DNA of 64,000 nt from a virus (Duplodnaviria; Caudoviricetes): positions 29,325 to 93,324 of IMG/VR virus record IMGVR_UViG_3300032138_000006; one strand, given 5' to 3'. Position numbers and translations under genes: made by a program. The notes beneath the pieces are model-generated. The model saw only the letters and a list, made by a program, of their open reading frames with translations, did not search any database and was not told where the DNA came from. Below, piece after piece: positions 59,998 through 64,000 of the stretch (within the stretch, counting starts at the first letter, position 1; every line of letters starts with the position of its first letter).

Positions 59998-60303
59998 ATG
60001 GAAATAGAGTTAAACAATTCCATACTGCTGCTTCTTTTTAGCTTCGCGTATACGTTGGCGATGCTGGCATGGGCATACTATGCAGCGCTGCGTGAGAGGC
60101 ATATCCGCGATCAGTTGGAGAGCATCAAGATATTTCATGAAGAACAGTGGATTATAAATGGGATAATGTATGATAAGATGATTTCGTTAGAGGACGATAT
60201 TAATAATATTCCATCCCTGACTAAAAGAGATGATGAAAAATACATTGGTGAATATATTCTTTTGAAAGATGATGAAGAAACCGAGCCGATGAGAAACCTA
60301 TGA
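59998..60303 (+). CDS. Single-TM protein
   Basis: N-terminal hydrophobic helix followed by a coiled coil. Confidence 0.5.
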   Translation: MEIELNNSILLLLFSFAYTLAMLAWAYYAALRERHIRDQLESIKIFHEEQWIINGIMYDKMISLEDDINNIPSLTKRDDEKYIGEYILLKDDEETEPMRNL

Positions 60304-60311
60304 GGTAGCAC

Positions 60312-60605
60312 ATGTTCAAATGGATTAAGCACAGGCTAGCACACAAGCTGGAACATCTCAGGTGGTCCAGTCTCAAAAAAGTGCTAAAGGAGCACGGAAA
60401 GGCACTTGTTGTCATCATCGTGCTATGGGAAATCATCGAGGACATTCTTTTTCCTCTGCTGTTCGCCTTCCTCGGAGCTTACGTTCACCCATCATTTTAT
60501 GCGGGAATACCAGTGGCTTGGGTCTTTTGCCTCCACTGGCTGATGGTTCCGTTAATGTGGGGATGGTGGATAAAGTTCAAAAAAAATAAAAAAAATGACA
60601 ATTAA
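60312..60605 (+). CDS. Small membrane protein
   Basis: GAGG RBS; two or three hydrophobic helices. Confidence 0.6.
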   Translation: MFKWIKHRLAHKLEHLRWSSLKKVLKEHGKALVVIIVLWEIIEDILFPLLFAFLGAYVHPSFYAGIPVAWVFCLHWLMVPLMWGWWIKFKKNKKNDN

Positions 60606-60637
60606 TACTTGACTTCTGAGCCAACCTGTGAGACTAT
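60598..60637 (+). promoter_or_regulatory. Promoter containing 18 nt repeat copy 1
   Basis: ACAATTAATACTTGACTT; TTGACT-17-GACTAT with TG. Confidence 0.6.
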
Positions 60638-60686
60638 ATAGATGTGGTTGGGGGATTGGTTCTTCAACGAAACAAGAGAGGCAACG

Positions 60687-61019
60687 ATGACGTCATGTGT
60701 TAAGGTTCTCAACTCCCTCCACGGGCTTACCGCTCATGAGCTTCTGCTCGTGAACAAGGCTTCGGCTCAGGTCTGGGAGGAGAAGCAGCAGGCTCACAAG
60801 GCACTGCTCACGAAGGGCACCAAGGTCTCTTGGCGTGCCCAGCACACCGGTCCCGGTCACGTTCCGGAGTGGAACCGTGAGCTTCTCCACGGAACCGTCC
60901 TCCGTCGTGGACCCAAGAATGTCAAGGTCACCGCGACCGATGGCACGGTCTGGACCGTCACCCCTTCCCACCTCGCTTTGGGGTGGACTGATCGCACTGG
61001 CGATTGGGAACGAGAGTAA
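60687..61019 (+). CDS. Early protein, helix + SH3-like domain
   Basis: GAGAGG RBS; LTKGTKVSW...GTV...KNVKV...WTVTPSHL. Confidence 0.65.
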   Translation: MTSCVKVLNSLHGLTAHELLLVNKASAQVWEEKQQAHKALLTKGTKVSWRAQHTGPGHVPEWNRELLHGTVLRRGPKNVKVTATDGTVWTVTPSHLALGWTDRTGDWERE

Positions 61020-61216
61020 TGAAAGTCGGCGATCTGGTCAGAATTCCAAAGCAGGACAACACCGTAGCACTGGTGTTGGACACCAACCCGTCACAGCATA
61101 CTTGTGAGACGTTGGGAATCAACCCTACTGTGGCAAAGTTGAAGTATTGCTGCGCGAAGCGAGGCATCCAATGGACCCCGCTTCAGTTTCTGGAGATGGT
61201 AAATGAAAGTAGGTGA
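61019..61216 (+). CDS. MKVGDLV-type SH3-like protein
   Basis: MKVGDLVRI...LEMVNESR. Confidence 0.75.
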   Translation: MKVGDLVRIPKQDNTVALVLDTNPSQHTCETLGINPTVAKLKYCCAKRGIQWTPLQFLEMVNESR

Positions 61217-61376
61217 TTTGGTAAGACTTCCACCGACCGTCATTGCCAACAATGCCAAGGGCGAATGTGTCGGTGTGATCCTCAAGAAGCATGCGCCTAT
61301 AGTAACTGTGGGCACCCCTCGCGGAATTGAGATGTGGAACGAGAGGCACGTTCACCTGCTTGTGGGGGACAAGTGA
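61203..61376 (+). CDS. MKVGDLV-type SH3-like protein (57 aa, not in the ORF track)
   Basis: MKVGDLVRLPPTVIANNAKGECVGVIL... Confidence 0.75.
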   Translation: MKVGDLVRLPPTVIANNAKGECVGVILKKHAPIVTVGTPRGIEMWNERHVHLLVGDK

Positions 61377-61552
61377 AGGTCGGCGATCTAGTAAGTGTTT
61401 TCCTCAGAGGAAACCGCGTTACCAACATAATTGTTAGCGTCGTTAAGCGTCGCAATGCTGGTGGAACTCACGATGCCTTTGTAGAAGTATTGGGATGTGG
61501 AAGACGCCCGTTTCATTATCTAAATGTGGAGATGGTAAGTGAAAGTCGGTGA
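61373..61552 (+). CDS. MKVGDLV-type SH3-like protein
   Basis: GTG start MKVGDLVSV...VEMVSESR. Confidence 0.75.
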   Translation: MKVGDLVSVFLRGNRVTNIIVSVVKRRNAGGTHDAFVEVLGCGRRPFHYLNVEMVSESR

Positions 61553-61730
61553 TCTGGTAATGATCCACAAGGTATGCATTAATGGTGGCAAGCCAGCCAT
61601 AATCGTTGAAATGCCATGGCAAGGCAGCACGGCAATGAAGATTGTGATCTCCAATGGCATCAAGGTATGTGCTTTGACGGACAACGTAGATTTGATTAGC
61701 GAAGCAAAAGAAAATACAATTAATACTTGA
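61539..61730 (+). CDS. MKVGDLV-type SH3-like protein
   Basis: MKVGDLVMI...VDLISE. Confidence 0.75.
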   Translation: MKVGDLVMIHKVCINGGKPAIIVEMPWQGSTAMKIVISNGIKVCALTDNVDLISEAKENTINT

Positions 61731-61755
61731 CTTAAGCCTCAAGATATGTTTTAAT
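61716..61755 (+). promoter_or_regulatory. Promoter containing 18 nt repeat copy 2
   Basis: ACAATTAATACTTGACTT; TTGACT-17-TTTAAT with TG. Confidence 0.65.
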
Positions 61756-61786
61756 AGAGTTATAGAATTTAATCAAGGAGAGTGGG

Positions 61787-62251
61787 TTGGACACACAGAC
61801 TCAGAAAATAATGTTTAGTTCCAAAACAGGGAACTGGGGTACGCCGCTGGCATTCTATCGCAAGCTGGATATGGAGTTCAACTTCACACTCGATCCCTGT
61901 GCATCGAAGAGCAACGCCAAATGCCCCAAGTATTACACCGAAGCGGATGATGGGCTAGCCCAAGACTGGGGAGGCGAGACTGTCTTTATGAACCCGCCTT
62001 ATGGGCGAGACATAAAGAGATGGATTATGAAAGCGTATGAAGAATCGCTTAAACCCAACACAACCGTGGTGTGCCTAATCCCATCCAGAACAGATACGAA
62101 ATACTGGCACGATTATGTGATGAGGGCAAAAGAAATAAGATTTGTCAAGGGTCGGCTTAAGTTCGGAGACTCAACGAACGCCGCCCCCTTCCCATCAGCC
62201 GTGGCTGTATTTTATACCGGTCCACTCAGCCCGGTAATTAGAGGAATGTAG
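61787..62251 (+). CDS. Small phage-type N6-adenine methyltransferase
   Basis: W.TP, FTLDPCA, FMNPPY, LIPSRTDT, GRLKF, APFPS. Confidence 0.9.
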   Translation: MDTQTQKIMFSSKTGNWGTPLAFYRKLDMEFNFTLDPCASKSNAKCPKYYTEADDGLAQDWGGETVFMNPPYGRDIKRWIMKAYEESLKPNTTVVCLIPSRTDTKYWHDYVMRAKEIRFVKGRLKFGDSTNAAPFPSAVAVFYTGPLSPVIRGM

Positions 62252-62431
62252 ATGGCACTACCATCAGAATATTATGAAAATGTGCGCTTCAAGAAGAAGC
62301 TAGAAGAGATAACAAAACAACTCACCGTCATGCAGCAAAAACTGGACAAGGCTGAAGTGCAGGTAGCTGAACTTCTAGCCGATGCAGACAAAACCAAGAA
62401 AGCCTTATGCAAGGTACTTTTAGGAGAATAA
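62252..62431 (+). CDS. Small coiled-coil protein (59 aa)
   Basis: MALPSEYYENVRF...; abuts the MTase stop. Confidence 0.5.
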   Translation: MALPSEYYENVRFKKKLEEITKQLTVMQQKLDKAEVQVAELLADADKTKKALCKVLLGE

Positions 62432-62435
62432 GAAA

Positions 62436-62675
62436 ATGAAAAAGCTAAGAAAGAAACGTATCCCCAAGAAGATTGCCGACGGCATGGAATCATCCAAGAC
62501 CAGAAAGAAGATAATGGAGCTATCGTATAATAGCGACGTGCTCCCCTATAAGATGCGCTTCGACTTGGACACAATCCGCAAGGAGTTGGGGTTCAATCGC
62601 AACATCACCCTAGCAGATATTAAAACAATCGATAAGACGCACCGGTGGTATAAGAGGAATGAGCGAGAACAATAA
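62436..62675 (+). CDS. Small basic hypothetical protein
   Basis: AGGAG RBS. Confidence 0.5.
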   Translation: MKKLRKKRIPKKIADGMESSKTRKKIMELSYNSDVLPYKMRFDLDTIRKELGFNRNITLADIKTIDKTHRWYKRNEREQ

Positions 62676-62709
62676 AAATAAATATCAGTGCAACAAAGGA
62701 GTATGAAGA

Positions 62710-62958
62710 ATGCTGAAGAACACAAATAAAAGAGGCAGACCACGGGGCAGCGTACCGATGGAAAGGCTTAAATTTACACTCTATGCAGAACAGGGAGAGA
62801 AGGACCTCATTGACGAGGCGTATACAAATTACTGCGAGGAAATACGAAACAGCGATATGCTCGTTCAACCGTTTTCCAAATCAAGCTGGATATTGGCACT
62901 AGTGCGTCGATGCATCATCCAAGACAATAGTAAAAAAGAAAATGAGCGAGCACAATAA
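62710..62958 (+). CDS. Small putative DNA-binding protein
   Basis: KRGRPRG AT-hook-like motif; RHH-like pattern. Confidence 0.5.
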   Translation: MLKNTNKRGRPRGSVPMERLKFTLYAEQGEKDLIDEAYTNYCEEIRNSDMLVQPFSKSSWILALVRRCIIQDNSKKENERAQ

Positions 62959-62961
62959 AAA

Positions 62962-63756
62962 ATGAAAAAGCTTAAACAAAAGCGTACGCAGGGCGGGGAA
63001 GCAACATCCGATCTAACTCGTTCTGCGTCAGTGGCAGGCAATGCTGCCGTGTTCCCCTCAATCCTTTCTTTGCATATGCCGGATGGTGGGCAGATTGCAG
63101 ACGTGACCTTTGGTCGCGGCGTCTTCTGGAAGAATGTTGATCGTCGACACTGGAAGGTTGTTGGCTCGGATATGTTGATTGAGGATAAGGTGCAGGCGCG
63201 CTTCACCGATCTTGATCTGACCACGGGGGTTGACTTTGCACAGCTTCCGTACAAGGACACTTCTATGGACGGGCTGGTCTTGGACCCACCATACATGGAA
63301 GGCTTCTATAGAGAAGACAATGATGCCTTGGCTGGCAGCGGCAGTCACAGTAATTTGCGAGAAGCCTATTCTGGTGGAGGAGAAGGCGTGAGCATCCCGA
63401 GACCACGCGGTCGTTTGGCTTGGCAAGATCGTGTCATCGATGCATATATGGCTGGGGCTAGCGAGGCTCACCGGGTACTCAAGGACAAGGGCTTGTTAAT
63501 TATAAAATGCCAAGACGCTGTTAGTGCAAACACCCAACGACTTGCCCACGTTGAAATAATCACAGGGCTTGAGGGCTTGGGTTTTTATTGCAAGGACTTG
63601 TTTGTTGTGGTGCGTGAGGGACGACCCGGAGTATCAAGAATAAAAAAGCAAGTGCATGCTAGAAAAAACCACTCGTACTTCTTGGTGTTTGAGAAGCGGG
63701 CATCTTTTGGTCGGCTAAGTTGTCGGGCATGTCGGGAGCAGTCACACAAGAAATGA
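62962..63756 (+). CDS. Amino-type (N6A/N4C) DNA methyltransferase
   Basis: ADVTFGRG.FW, VLDPPY, AHRVLK..G.LIIKCQD. Confidence 0.8.
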   Translation: MKKLKQKRTQGGEATSDLTRSASVAGNAAVFPSILSLHMPDGGQIADVTFGRGVFWKNVDRRHWKVVGSDMLIEDKVQARFTDLDLTTGVDFAQLPYKDTSMDGLVLDPPYMEGFYREDNDALAGSGSHSNLREAYSGGGEGVSIPRPRGRLAWQDRVIDAYMAGASEAHRVLKDKGLLIIKCQDAVSANTQRLAHVEIITGLEGLGFYCKDLFVVVREGRPGVSRIKKQVHARKNHSYFLVFEKRASFGRLSCRACREQSHKK

Positions 63757-64000
63757 GCGAGAACAATAAAAAAATAATCCACGTCAATCAACATAAGATC
63801 AAGTCTAACCATAAGACAGGCGTAAGAGAACCTGTCCTAACAGTCAAGACACACAAGAAGAAGAAAGGCGAGGGTTATAATAAAACACATTCTCAGAATG
63901 ACTATTGTCATGAGGTAGAGATAGAAGGACCCTGTAAGGTAATCTATAGCCCAGATGATCCTCTACCCTGTGGTGCTAGAGTATGGATAGAAACAGTAGA
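63753..64000 (+). CDS. Conserved small phage protein, truncated by the window end
   Basis: IHVNQH.IK.N...PVLTVK...GPC.VIYSPD.PL.CGARVWIET. Confidence 0.7.
   Translation, partial: MSENNKKIIHVNQHKIKSNHKTGVREPVLTVKTHKKKKGEGYNKTHSQNDYCHEVEIEGPCKVIYSPDDPLPCGARVWIETV

Larger units (their letters stand above)
62658..63772 (+). repeat. Three copies of a 21 nt direct repeat at gene junctions
   Basis: AATGAGCGAG(A/C)ACAATAAAAA at 62658-62678, 62941-62961 and 63752-63772. Confidence 0.85.

Overview
This window looks like a 64 kb segment of a large, probably jumbo, tailed dsDNA phage. All credible genes lie on the + strand, are densely packed and use the standard code. 1-24 kb is a replication, recombination and nucleotide-metabolism block: compact PolA-like protein, divergent tubulin/FtsZ-like protein, gp32-like SSB, RecA/UvsX, 5'-3' exonuclease, DnaB-like helicase, class II RNR, DnaE, dUTPase and IMPDH/GMPR. 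A proteostasis set (GroEL, GroES, SlyD, ClpX, two ClpP) is dispersed through the window. 24-43 kb holds many genes that follow a yTAnTTA motif (probable late promoter) and share a short N-terminal leader of the type MKLIMExWRxFLxE fused to unrelated enzyme domains; I interpret these as capsid-packaged cargo proteins. 43-64 kb is accessory: cell-wall hydrolases, four DNA methyltransferases, a GHKL ATPase/nuclease/MTase trio and about 15 small MKVGDLV (SH3/KOW-like) genes in tandem arrays; a Mom-like enzyme lies earlier at 34.9 kb. The most unusual non-coding features are a ~420 nt promoter-boxA-terminator unit of structured, partly tRNA-like RNAs (48107-48558) and a duplicated 33 nt pseudoknot-capable element flanking slyD. 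A CglF/GltF-like gene suggests a Myxococcota or Bdellovibrionota host. All calls come from manual motif recognition; no database searches were run.
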